A stretch of DNA of 63,781 nucleotides, filler included, from Parasitella parasitica NRRL 2501 (taxonomy: Eukaryota; Fungi; Mucoromycota), in NCBI GenBank assembly GCA_025201805.1. It is 8 parts of 8 records of this genome, joined end to end, with 100 filler letters (N's around TTAATTAATTAA, not from the genome) between each part and the next. Parts side by side here need not be neighbours in the genome. Positions count along the whole stretch, not along the records: positions 20,108 to 41,772 come from MU619457.1; 7 more parts are not named here. One strand, written 5' to 3'. Position numbers and translations under genes: made by a program. Each line of letters starts with the position of its first letter. Positions within the stretch are counted from its first letter, which is position 1. The notes under the pieces are model-generated. The model was not told where the DNA came from. It did no database searches and saw only the letters and a program-made list of their open reading frames with translations. Shown one piece after another: positions 23,783 through 37,126 of the stretch.

Positions 23783-26700
23783 CTAGCTTCCAAACCAAGT
23801 CTCCCAGCTACTTTGGCTAGGCTCTGCGGGATCATCGTTGTTGTTAAGCAGATCGGCAACCTTCGTAACTGCTGATGGTGCCTCCACCATGGATTGCTGT
23901 AGTTGGCGCTGCTTTGGGGGCGGTAATTGTGGTGACAGTGATGGTTGCTGTTGCTGTTGCAGTGGTTGTGGTTGAGGATGTGGATGTGGTGCCTGTGCAA
24001 TGGGTCTAGTGGCTGATGAAATAGGATAATTTACTCTAGGACTAGTGGAATATACAGAATCGGATGAGGATGGAGTAATTCGGGTAGCTGGAGGTGTTGA
24101 TGAGCGCAAGTACCCGGGATGATTCATCATATAAGAGGATCCCTTTGGAGTAGTGTTAGGTTTAATGTTCTGTACATGAGCTGCTTGTGGTGAATTCGAA
24201 AGAATTTTTGGCGAAGGTGATTGATCAGCTATAGGAGCAGGGAAAGGGAAGTTTTGAAGTGCTTGAAAATGTGCTGCGCTTGTATCAAATGATGCACCAG
24301 CATGTGGCATTTCACGTTTAGATTGCACATCTGGTAGTGGCTGCTGCTGATGTTGTTGCTGTTGCTGGCGTGCTTGAAATTGATTTACGTACTCGGCCAA
24401 ATTCAACTTTTCTTCATTGTTGGCATAGAAATTACGAACTTGAATCATGGTCTTTGACTTCATTGCGCTTGCAACTTTCTCCCAGTCTCTGCCATACAAG
24501 GTCAAGTATTTAGAAAATTCATTGCGTTCAGAAACAGACCAGTAGGAAGAGTATGTGGGGCGTTTAGCATCTACCAATGTTGTGGTACGACCCAATTTGC
24601 GACCACCCGCTTTTGCCCCATAATCTGGATCTGTCCATTCAGATGCATCATCTGTAACACTGTCAGATCGATTCGATGCAGATCGAACTCGACGCCTTTT
24701 CTGCTGTTGCTGCTGCTGAGCAGGAGCAACATAAGGCTGTGAAGAGGAAGGCGAAGAAGGTCCAACAGAAGCAGGTTGAGGGGCAATTACAGTGGTATTC
24801 ATGTTTGCATGCGAATCCTCATGCCCACTAGGTGTTCTTGATCGTGATGTCAATACAGAAGCCTTGTCTTCACGAGGTGTATTTGCCCCCATTTGAAACA
24901 TGCCTACTAGAGCTGCAGCTGCATCTTCTTCTTCGGCCTTGAGATCGGTTCGACCACTAAGAGCGACAACTTCATCATGGACTGTGCTTTGAATAGGCGA
25001 TGTTGCAATGGGTGTCGTAACGGCAGTTGGTAAAGAAACGGGCGTTCCTCCTCCTGTTGGCGCTGCTGGTGTTAACACTGGTGCTGGTGCTGGTGCTGGT
25101 GTTGGTGCTGGTGTTGCCATGGTAGGGGCCTCTGTATGACGAGTCTCTTCTTCGTTAAAAGCATTTGTTCCAAACCTACGTTTAAAATTGTGATAAAAGT
25201 TGCGGCACTGCTCCTCGGTTTTGGTCTTTATTAGCTTAGACACTTGAACGAAATCACGGCCATAATGTTTGAACGCATCGATAGCCATCTCCTTTTCACG
25301 ATCTGTCCATTTTGTAGATCCACCGACACCAGACGAAACGGGAGCCTTATCCTCGTCATCAGCCGTGCTAGAAAGATCTGCAGTATAACGTTTTGCAGCA
25401 GAAGAGTCACCTGGTAAAGCAATATACGCATCATTTGTTGTAGTGTTCACTTTAATGGGCTCTCGAGGAGTGCGGCCTTTGCGACGTTGGGCAGCAGCAG
25501 ATCCAGAGTTTGTACGAAGCTTTTCTTGGTGGGTTATCATGTCTGCATCATCAGACGCGCTGCTGGTAGGACCTGATTGAACAATAGGCGTAGAAATAGG
25601 AGGAACTGCTACAGCATTCAAACTGGTGTTACTGCTAGAGTTGGTTGGTCTCCTTGATCTCTTTCTCTCAGTAACACCGTCCCAATTGCTATTTGGTTGT
25701 TCTGCTTCACGTCGTTCTCTATTTCTACGCTCAGCATCCTTCTCCTTTGCCTTTCTGGAGACTTGAGCTTCACCAATATCAGTCATGAGAGCAGATCCCT
25801 TACTCTTTGCTTTTCGAGAATTAGGAGTAGTGTCGCCAGTGACGGCACGAATGGCTGCAGCTATTCTGTCTCTGTGTCTGGTGGCCTTTCCCCTTCTGCC
25901 CTTTTTCATAAGAGCCTTAAAATCAATCTTCTTTTTTTTGCGGTAATAAAACAAGACACATTGAGGGGCTGTCTTTGTACCAATAGCAATGGAAATACGT
26001 TCAAATTGCTTGGGATACATCATGTACGATTCCATAAATGTTGTCACTTCCTGCTGATTCCAAACGTCGCCCGTGTCCGAGCCAGTATGGTAGTAGTTGA
26101 GAGGGTCTTTGACAAGGCCACTGCGATCGTCGAAAGTGCGCATACGTTCACGAGAATCCAGTATCATGGGTGGGATTGTAGCTGTTGTCTTCTTTGCGCG
26201 AGATTCCGGATTTCTCATCTCAGCAGACTCCAAAGACTGGATGATTTCCAGCAATTCAGCCTCTGAACGAGCAGCATCAGAGGTGAAATAGCCATTGCCG
26301 TAAGGAGTGGAAGCGCCATCATTCTTGAAACGCAATGCATCAGCTGCATTGTGAACGAAAATAACATTGTCCGTGTATTCCTCTGACTCCTCTTTGCGAT
26401 GCCGAGAATTAGCACGCTGTCCACTGTATCTGTCAAGGCGTCTGCGCTCTTCTTCGCGTCTATGGTCCAGGTACAGATTCTTTTGCTTCCAAATTTTGTA
26501 GTGCTGTTTATATTCTGCTTTGAGTCGAAGCTCTTTTTCCTTCAGTGATTTTTCTTGAGATTCAAGCGCGTGAGTCACATCAATCCGCATCTTTGCAAAG
26601 TTGGCAACGTTTTCCTTGTAGCAAGGGTAATCCTCAATTCGACCATAAAGAGGTTTGGACCACTTTTCTTGGTCAACCCAATCTTGAGGTGTCTCTCTTT

Positions 26701-29124
26701 TTCCTTGCCAGGTGCCATCAATCATGCCTGAATTACACTGAGCCACGGTGCGATTGTCTTGCAGGATCTTTTCGTACAGCTCGTCATCCAGATGGTCGTT
26801 TTTAGACTGCAGTTGGTTAATGAGCAGTTGGGGTCGTTTACGCATGATGGGCGAAGATACATCTGAAAAATCCATTAAATCTGCTACATTATTAGATGAT
26901 GAAGGCTCATTTTCCATAGCTTGCAATGCTTGCTTCTTGGCTTCCTCTTTGTTTTGAGCAGCTTCTTCCTCGGCATTTTCATCCTCGTCGTCTGCCATTT
27001 CAACGTCTTCTTCCTCTTCCACCTGCTCCTCTTCATGGCCATGTGCTGTGTTAGCTTCCTCTTCGCGTTTGATAGCTGCTTCTAGTAAATCTTCATATGT
27101 CGAAATTTGATTCTCGATATCATCGATCCGTTCAACAATTTGTTCCTGTGTTAGATGGTTCGCTTTTTCTTCAGTTGCAGTCTCAACAGTAGCTTCGCAT
27201 TCTTTGTTTTCTTCTGCTTTTTGTATCTCGAGATTATGTGGCGAAAACGCAATATTGAATGAGAGCGGTGCTACGGAGGTTGTGGTTGCCGTGTTTGTTG
27301 TTGGTGATAATGAGTCCTGCTCTAAATTTAATGATGGCTTTTCCTCTGTTGTTAATGCAGTAGGTTCCTTTTGCGTTGAATCGATTTCCATAGGTTCAGG
27401 CTCAGGTTCAGGTTCAGGAGATACTGACTGATTGCTTGTGTCTTCAATTGCTGCAGCTGGGAATTCCTTCAAAGGGGGTTCCCCTTCCAGATTATCTGTA
27501 TTCTTATCATCAGCAATTACGGCGGATGCTGCTTCCTGAGGCGCAGCATCCATATCTTCTTCATCTTGAAGAGGTTTTGCATCATCTTCAACAACTTCCC
27601 CCTTTTCAAGTGTCTCGTCGTTGACTGCTGTAGTGTAAGCTGGCGCTGCAGTAGAGGGTATTGATTCTTCAGCCTTTACTGGTGGTTCACTAGGATTTGT
27701 AACTGTTGCTGTGGATGGCTTTTCAATGGATGATACGTCTAAACATGAAAGAGTAGTCAGTATTTGAAATCAAAAGCACAAAAAGTTCTTACTTGATTCA
27801 GCATTGCTCCGAGGCTCTGATGCTTCCTTTTTGTCATCTACTTTTGGAGTTTCTGATAAGCGATCTTTATTAGGATAAATCGGGGCAGCGTTGACAGTGG
27901 TCGTAGTAGTAGCTGAAGAAGGTGATGTTTTTCCACTACGAATCTCGACATTGGTTGAAATTCTTTCAGGCCTGTCGCGGTCCATCGTACGTCTACCGTC
28001 ATCTATTTTATTAGAACCCCACGATGGCCGACGTCTCCCAGAAGAACGATAACGATCATAATCTATAGGCCCGCTTGAGATACTACTTCTTGGACCTCTG
28101 CTGTAATAATCACGATCATCTAAACGGTCTCTTTCATAATACGATAAATGGGAGCTGGGTGATGGCGGTATATCTCGGTCTCGATCTCTTTCTGGCCTGT
28201 ATGAATCTCCTCCATAGGGTGGCATTTGGTAATTAGGTGGCGGTACGCCATAACCCGAAGGTTCGTATCGCATATCACGCATGTACCTATATAAATAATG
28301 TCTAAACAAATAATAATCTAATGCCAACTCAATTGAAATTTACCCATCTCGCCGTCTGTCATAGTCCCGACGGCGGTCCTCGTCTCTGTACCTTCGCTCT
28401 CTGTCTCGTTCTCTTTCTCGTTCTCTATCTCGCCATTCACTATATCTACTTGGTGGAGGTGGCGGACCATACGATAATGGTGGTGGTACATCGGCGGTTG
28501 GCGTTATGGGAGGTTTCAAGTCATCCTTCACATCTTTACTAGCGCTTGAACTAGATGATAACGAAAGCTTTGGATCTTTTGGTGGGTCCGAAGAGCTCAC
28601 TAAAAAAAAAAAAAAAAAAAAAAAAACCAGGATTAATTCAGCATTTGCTGGTGAGTTATTGTGTTCAGCTTATTACTTTCACGACGGAGTGGATTTGGTG
28701 GTAGTTTTGGATAATCTCGAGGCATAGAAGACGAGGGTGGATAATGATGAGGATCTTCCCGATAATATGGTGTATATCTATCATCTCTAAATAATCAATG
28801 TTTGTTTAGCCATTGTCTGCATGTTTAATTCAGTCCTTTATACCTGTCTCTTTCTCTTGCTCGGGGATTCATGTACCTGTCATCTCTCATTAAGATGGAT
28901 CTGTCTCTGTCGCGGTCTCTTTCACGATCTCGTTCTCTATCACGCAAATCTCTGTAATTGTCCAAATCTGCAGACATGCCGCTTCGAGGTAGTCGATAAT
29001 TATTGTTGTACTCATAACGATATCTTGACGGAGGATATCTTCCATCATTGTATGGTGGAGAGCGAGACCTTGATGACGAACGTGAATGCGTTCCTTGTGA
29101 TGAATTTGAGCCTGCAACGCTCAT
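23783..29124 (-). CDS. snt1: Snt1/NCoR-like multi-SANT-domain protein (Set3C/HDAC corepressor subunit), multi-exon
   Basis: SDAARSEAELLEIIQSL, ATIPPMILD, WNQQEVTTFMESYMMYPKQF..CVLFYY, and two more SANT repeats (WTDREKE..YGRDF; SSYWSVSE..YGRDW..KTMIQVRNFY); upstream RD/RE-rich exons from 29124. Confidence 0.8.
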
Positions 29125-31301
29125 AATTTCTTTAATTTAATGGTTTAATACGAATTTGATTGAAAAGAAACGAGATGAAAGAAAAAAAAAAAAGCTCATC
29201 TTCTTTTTGAGCCATGAATTCACACATGGCTGACGTCGATTTCGGTTTTTGTCTGTCATTGGTTTAATAGTTGTCTTTGTCTCGAAAAAGAAGACACTGA
29301 ACTTCATCAAAGTAGCATGAAACTTTGTATCATATTTACCAGAATACTCAAAAATAAGATAATTTAACTCAAAGATCTCGTATTTTTCCACAATCTACTT
29401 TGTAATCAAGGAGATTTTCTATCTAGAAAAGAAACATCTTCAACAATCAGTGCAGCGTATACTCAAGATCATGACATGTATTTATTTATAGGTTTTCAGT
29501 ATTTTATTATTTTATAAGAATGATGAAAAATGCGCTACATTGAGACTTTGTATGTTTTTGAGGTCATTATCACCATGACTACAAGGCATGTAACTCGTCA
29601 CTCGGATCAGTTTTCATTATAGCGAGCTTTAGTCATCGATCCATCACTTGGCTTGATTGACCTTTAGATACAAAAAACATATATTCTTCATGACTGAGCT
29701 GCATTATTTCTTTTTCCACCTAAGCCAAAAGACAACAAGGCTCTCTTCATGTGTTTTTGCCTTATTCACTTTAGCCTGAAAGCTTAACAGCGCATTTTAA
29801 CGCACAAGATAGCGGATGCTTAGAGCTACATAATATCACTTGCTAATGTCAAGCATTGTCATGCTAGGGTTCATCTTGAACAATGAGAATTGTTCACAGA
29901 GAGGATTTCTCTGATACCAGTGCAATCATTTTCTACCTTAATTGTTCAGATTTTTCAAATGGAGTGTAATGTAAAATGTGGCAATATAAAATGTTGTGAA
30001 TAGGTGGTAGATGTGGACGGTTAAGAAAAACGAGGAATTCTCCTCTTCAAACAAGATGCTTTATTCACATTGATACATAACAATCGACTATTGCCAAGAA
30101 TGCTTGCATCAAATGCCTGGATACATTGTTCCGAAAGAAAATATATTTGTTTGAACATAAAATGCTTTACAAAAACTGTGTAGCACATCAAGATCTTTCG
30201 TCTTTTCCATATAACAAGTGCAATTATCATGAAAACATTATAAAATGCATTACTGAATAAATATCTTGTATAATGATTAGCAAATAGCTTTATTTTTATT
30301 CATACACCTTTGTTTATCCAAAACTGCAATCAAATCCACTGGATCACTGTAAATTTAAGTAAAATGGAATGCAATGGCCATCGTCAAGCTTGCCTGATGT
30401 AATTTTAGAAAATAATGGGATTAATACAAATCTTATAAATGTTGACACAAAATTTTATTGATAAACCTTTCTTGTTCTTTTCCAAAAATTTCTACACTTT
30501 GCATGAATCTACTCAGCATACTGGCTAAATTGCGCTAATGTTCAAATACATCTAAACAATGGCACAATAATTTTTGTCTCTGCTTCATACTTTAGCCATT
30601 TATCACTAAAATCTACTTTACTATAAATAAATGCCATACAAATTACATAAGGATCTGAAGCCCGGCCACAGCACCAATTTTTGCTATAACCTAAGAATAT
30701 AACAAGCTTTCCACATAAACTTTCTTTCAATGATTGTTCATCATGTATAAGAAAAGAGGTACAGTGGCCTGCTATTTCCCTCAACTTTTTAAAATGTTCA
30801 CACTGTCGCCATCATATGAAGCTGGTGAGTTGAAATTATGGTTGGGGGCAGATAAGTTATTTGGAATTTCCATGTGAACAGTTAACCAATCTCAATGATG
30901 CTGCATGAATCAATTTAATTGATAGCTGAAAGTGGATAGTACCTATAACTTTGATACAAAGAGAATAAGCGTTCTGACGAACAATGATGCGATTGGTTTG
31001 GATCATGGAATATGTAGGGCACGGGACATAAGGACATTAATTGTTATACATTGCTGTTGATTGTTCTTTAATAAAATAGTTCGCCAATTTGGAGAGGGGA
31101 AATAAGAGAATGCTTCATGGTATTTTTCTTGAACAATTACATAGTTTGACGCTCATTGTTTCTAGGTATTGAAGTGCTCATCTTTCCATGCACTTTAGTA
31201 TAGTGTGACCTATGTTTTGAAAGGCCTATTTAAACATGTTACAAAAGGCATTGTGATACTTTTTCCTCTTCCAAAAACTAAAGTTGATAAAAAAAACAAA
31301 A

Positions 31302-32091
31302 ATGGGGTTTCTTGAAGAACTCAAATCTCGTAATTTCTCTCTCTACGCCCAATGGTAATGTGATGGCATTTTTATTATATTCATACATCTTATATGACTC
31401 TTAGGTTGGGTGTAGGCTCTATTGTTCGTAAGGGATTCCCATCTTTCGTATCCACCATAGTGTATTAACAACCAAGTAATTTTTCTCTAGTCTTAATTGC
31501 CCTTGGCATCGTAGCATTGACAAGTAACCCAATTTTTGCAATCGTTGGATGGTAAATATAACATGCTTGAGAAACACCTGTGAACTATAGTTCTTACTCA
31601 TCTTTTTTTTGTAATGTAGGGTGATAGCATTCATTCTGTTCTTTGTTGAAGTGCCTCTTTGTACTAGATTTTGTCCTACCAGCCCCAAGTTGTAGGTCAA
31701 AGAATGTTTAAACAATGATCACTTGGGAATTAAATTTGTTGTTATAGTGATGGATTTATTGCTAGATTCGAAAACTCTTACTTTCGTTTTGTTGCTTATG
31801 TCGTGTAAGTTTTTTACATTCTGGTTCAGTAGACAGTAGTAATGATATGACTTTTGAATGGCTAGTTTCTCTATCATCATGTTTTTATCGACACTTATTA
31901 ACACAACTACTCTGGTTGTGCCTGCGATTACACTATTGTTAACATCTATATGCTATGGTAAGCTTGAATATAATGATGGATCACAGAATGGGGTTGATAA
32001 AATGCCGTTTATAGTTATTGCAGGACTCAAGAAGCAACCTCACGCAAGCACCAAAATACTAGGTGGCACTGGCATTGATAATGTAGTCTAG
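31302..32091 (+). CDS. TVP18: Golgi membrane protein Tvp18 (Cg6151-P family), multi-exon
   Basis: MGFLEELKSRNFSLYAQW start, FVEVPLCTRFCPTSPK exon, C-terminal LGGTGIDNVV; short GT-AG introns. Confidence 0.85.
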
Positions 32092-32645
32092 ACTGACTAT
32101 TTTGTAAAGCAACTGTGGATAGTCATCTTAAATCTAATAATTATAAAATAAAGGATGGTTGGAAACATATGAAACAATAGGGGTCCTATTCAGGTCCTAC
32201 TCAGTTGTATAACATATTGCATGACACGATCTTCTGATTGTAAGACAATGGGTCAGGAACCTTGGAAATAGACAAACACTGCTCGTTGTCATGAAGGCTG
32301 TTACGCAGGAACTCCCAGCACGTATTGCTTTAAGATTTTAGCGATTCGCATGGTAGATTTTGTCTCGTTAAATTCAATCTCTTTCAACAGAGAACTATGT
32401 TCTCCTAGCAACACGCTTTATATTTACAGAGATCAAGTATCGCAAGTTGAACAACGGTTCACGTTTCTAAAGTTTGTCTATTGAATGAAAAATGGCCCAC
32501 ATAATGATAATGAAAATGGCCTAAATGAGTCAAACTACTGAATATCATCGCAGAAAGAAATAGTGATATACATCACAAAATACGTGAAAAACACCTTTAT
32601 TATCAGGCAATAATAATGATGTTCTTTAACTCTTTATTTCATGAT

Positions 32646-33145
32646 TTATAATTCGTCAAATTGACGTGCTAACTCATCCAACTCATTCTTGCTGTTCTTG
32701 TACTTTTCACCAAGATCATCATGCAGTTGCTCCTTCTCAGACAATTGTTGCTCAAGAGCTTGAACTTTTTTCTCGGCTTCTTCAGTCTTTTGATAAGCAT
32801 TATTCAGACTGATATGTTGCGACATTAGAGAAAAATAACGCAAAATAAGCACAACAGAAACTTACTCTACACTGGTTTGTCGCAACTTGACATCGGATTT
32901 TTCCAACTGCTCTTCCAAGTTTTTTACACGAATTTCAAGAGACAAGATTTCATGATCCTTGTTAGTATGCTGCTGTTCAAGTTCCTTGACCTTGACCTCA
33001 AGTTCCTCAGCGTTGCTAGTGGCCGCTTCAACCTCTGCACGAAGCGCAGAGAGTTTCTTTTTTTTTTGTTATTTGTTGGGTCAATACAAAAGAGGTCCCT
33101 CGTATCACTCCCAACTTGTCTACTTACCTCTTTGAATTTTTCCAT
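32646..33145 (-). CDS. Tropomyosin, 3 exons (33128-33145, 32866-33056, 32646-32808), 123 aa
   Basis: MEKFKE|KLSALRAEVEAA...DHEILSL..RVKNLEEQLEK...ELDELARQFDEL; continuous heptad coiled coil with fungal Cdc8/Tpm termini. Confidence 0.85.
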
Positions 33146-33328
33146 TTTGTATAAAGATCTGTTTTTCAAGTAGGTAAGAAAGAAAAGAAAAATGAAGGAA
33201 GGGGGCTACGTGTTTAGTAGTAGGTCGCAAAAAGGAGTTTTATTATAGAGGCCAATTACGACCAAGTGCCTATATTGGCCCCTTTTGGGAGGAAAAAGCT
33301 GCTTTATCTCATGTTTGTACAACATCAA

Positions 33329-36300
33329 TCACGAGTTTTCTTTATGATGCTTCTTAAAGACGGCCCTGACTGTATCAAGAGGCATGTAAACACATTCTTT
33401 CAAATTCCAGTAATGCAGTTTGGGCTGTAAAGGTAAGATCAAGTCGGAAATCAAAGGCGAAATCAATGCTGGATGCTCATAGGTCTCAAGATACGAGGTG
33501 GAGTCGTCTGGATACGTGGTGAAATCGTAGTATCGCTGGTGCTGGTCTGTACAGTGTTCCTTTACCACAATCACGCTGTGGTTCACTGCATCTTTGTCAT
33601 TGAAATGCTCATTGCATGCGTCTTCATGATGATGCTGATAGGATATTTTAGCGTCTGCGGCATCTCCAATGTCCACGGTGCTACAACTCTTCTTATGGTG
33701 TGATGTCGCAGCGATTACAGTATTTGTGTCTGATTGCCCAACTGAGGTTGTGTCCCTCAAATGCTGCTCCAATGTTGATAAATGCATGGTGGATTGATTG
33801 TTACTGCTATGTTGTGCATACCTCCCTGCTGCCCACCAGGCTTTAATGTACGAAAACTTCCAGATGTCATCGACATGTCTCCACCACCTCTTTGGCTGCA
33901 ATTCCTGTTCTTTTCTAAGCAGCTCATTAGTGGAGTTGACCTGTTGGAAGCGACCAATGTAAGGATGTTTTGTACGGTTTTGAAACAAGCGGTTCAGCTT
34001 GACTTTAAACCAGACTGTGAATACAATCAGGGGTAATATCGTGGTAGCTGCTGCCAAAACACCCTTCAGGTACAGTAAACCGACCATGGTTAGCTGAAAA
34101 ATCAATAGCCCGTCTGACGTATAGCGAGTAATGCGACGGTAGTGGCGTGACCCATTGCCTTCATATCTACGGATATAACAGTACAGGTACTGATGGCGAT
34201 ATACGACGAGAGCGTAGGCAAAGTAAAACAGCGCAAATATCATGATTAATGGCTGGATAACGGAGTACGTCAGAGTGATGACTAGCACCAGAATATGGTT
34301 TGGATAGTAATAATAGTAGAGAAATGACCATGGCTTTGTGTATTTGCGCCTAAGTCTTGGCGTCCTGGAGAAAATTGGTTGTGTGAGCAATAAATGTCCA
34401 AATATTTGAGATCCCAGTTGGATCAGCTCCATTGCGTGTGTTGAAGAATTGAACAAAATGTAGTTGAGAAAGAAATTAGCGCCTTGCGGAAGTGCATTAG
34501 CCAACAGCTGGATCAGCATAGTTGGCTCGTACAAAACATCGAGCATCGTTGTGAGGAACGTTGTACCAAGTAAAAACACAATAAGTACATTGAATATGGC
34601 AAAATGATAGTATCGGCCCAACACACAATCTTCAAGCTCGGAATAGGAGACAAAGTCTTGCTGCTTTGAGATTTCTACACGGATGATTAGTATTCCAGCC
34701 AATCAACGCTTTTTTTTTTAAAAAAAAAATGTCTTGCCTAATACAATCCACGGCAATAAACTCATAAAAAGTGTTACTAATAGTGTTGGCAAAATGTTTT
34801 GGACAAAGGATCGCACCAAGAAGGAAGATGCTAGAAAGTATCGTAAAAAAGGAAGGTGGTTGGATAGCGACTGGATAGATGTTAAACCAAGGATGAATGT
34901 TATAGGGAATAGCCAGAATATAGTCAGAGACCATACAGCAGCAAGCACTACCCATTGTCGAAGTGTGCCTGTCACCCTGCTCTTTCTTCCTCTCCTCAAT
35001 AAGCTTCTCCACAATACATCTCTTGGCTCAGGCGCCATGCGTGTGTCAAAAACACCTGGCTTCCAAGATGTTACAATTTGCGCACATATTTGAGCGGAAT
35101 GAGCGGATCTGTCATAGAAAAACTGAGCGTTTTATGCAATATTGTATATCTAAGTGATATACCTACTTGAATGTAACAAATGCAGCCCCTGTCGGCATAT
35201 AATACTCTGATGATCGGTTGACGTCTCTAAGTCGCACAATCTCTTTGTCTAATTCATGGATTTCGTCCAGTACATTCTCTACTTTGCTGACCTGTTCTTC
35301 TAATGACAGCTCTGCCTGCTGATCTTTGATATGCGACAGCCAATCATACCAAGCTGTGTCTTGATCTGGCTGCAGCAACTGATGCTTTCGTTGTGCTGTG
35401 CGGACCATGTGTATTAGCCAGGTCTCTAATTTGTCAATTGCCTTTTCCTTCTTCTTGAGCACCGTCTCTACGAGCTTGATGGCTGTATTAGTCACAAGGG
35501 TTACCCGCTCAACTTCTCCCACTTGTGCGCGTTCGAAATGCTGCTGCAGAGTCGCTTGATTTCGCAGCTGATGTGGTACGTGTGTAATCAGCACGGATCT
35601 TTCATGCAGCCTATTCGTGGGCGGCTGCTGCTGTAGCAGGTCGATATGGTGGATATGGTTGACAAACAAAAGCCACAGCCATGACAGCGAAATGGTAAAA
35701 GCGAAGGCGACATGTACCCAGACGATTGGGTTTCTGTTGGGTATATTAGCAATCGATAGGTAATACAGGGTGGAATTACTGCGAAAATGATCTGTATCGT
35801 TGCCATGTACGCTTGGAAATCCACCATAGTAATTCGAAGATGGATGCGAGGAAGCTTTGTAATCACTGGTTTCGTTCTTTGCGAGTGAGGTGAACTCGCT
35901 TGCAAGGTCAGATCTATCCAACGAAACTGATGCTCCTGTCCAATGAAGAGCGAGCAAGATTGGACATACGAATAGCGACTGCACTGTTAAAAAATGAACG
36001 ACCATGCGCAAGAATCGTACGTGCATGGTAGCGTCTAGTCCAACTTTTTTAACGTATTCTTTCTCATCGATATATAGCGTGGATGTGATCCAAGAAAATA
36101 GATGAGATGGTTGCTTCTGCACTGCGTTTCTACACATCAAAACATGCAAAATTCCATAAGTGTCCAACATCAATCTTACGAAATGTCGATTTGTATGTAT
36201 AATCACCTACTCTAGTAACTGTGTTCTTGGTGAAAATAAACATTTCATCGAGTCTAATCTTTTACATATTTCAAAGGCTATAATACAAGTTGCAGAAACT

Positions 36301-36374
36301 GCACAGGAAATACCGAGTGTTGTGGATAAACCTAAAAATGTGGGGACGTAATATGCTGTCTCGATTGTTGCCAT
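33329..36374 (-). CDS. OSCA/CSC1/TMEM63 (RSN1, DUF221) calcium-permeable channel, 4 exons
   Basis: GLDATMHVRFLRM, LSIANI, AAFVTF, APEPRDVLW, LANALPQGANFFLNYI, TYSVIQPLI motifs. Confidence 0.93.
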
Positions 36375-37126
36375 TTTGGCATAATTATTATATATTAATA
36401 AAAAGCAAAAAAAGGTATTGGATTCCCAAGAGTCCAAAAACAAAATTCAAAGTATAGGGGTTCGATGTGTACTAGTAGACAAAAAGGGGGGCCTTCGTCT
36501 TTTAGAAGCTAAAACAATAGAATCGTAAAGTTTATAAAAATTGGACGTAGAACAAAGAAAATCCAGGGGGAGAATGGATACAACTAGTATATTTATATTT
36601 TGTATTGTTTATTTTTCCTTCATAGGGATACACTATAATATTCATAGGAATGTCCCGGTTAGTTTTGATCGAAATGGCCGACATCATCGTCCACATAGCA
36701 TTATGATTGTTCTTTTCTTAAGCTTTGCAAAGCAAACAGCCGTGGTACTAACAGGACTAACCGATGTCAAGGTAAATGCACAACAATTCCGAAAAAAACG
36801 AGACAATGAACTGAACTTTGTGAAAAGGTACCTTGAATCGCTATTAACGTAAACTTGGGCCGCTATCTCTGCCACAGATAATATTGTAGTACTTTCCAAA
36901 TTCTCAAGACACTTTCAGCAGCGTTGGTATCGCGCTTTGGAAGTAATTTTTTGAAAAAAAAATCCAATTCATTGTGCCATGTGCATTAATTAGCACAACA
37001 GGATAAATGGTTTATTCCGGACGAGAAACTGTTGTTTGTATCAAAAGTCGCGAAAGAATGTTGGCGATTTTATTATTGCATTTGAATCATACAACGTACA
37101 GCGTAATATTTTACGAATCATGGCAT

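Noticed and set aside
25697-26266. 189-aa plus-strand ORF (also 46769-47383 and similar)
   Set aside because: Antisense shadows of well-supported minus-strand coding regions.
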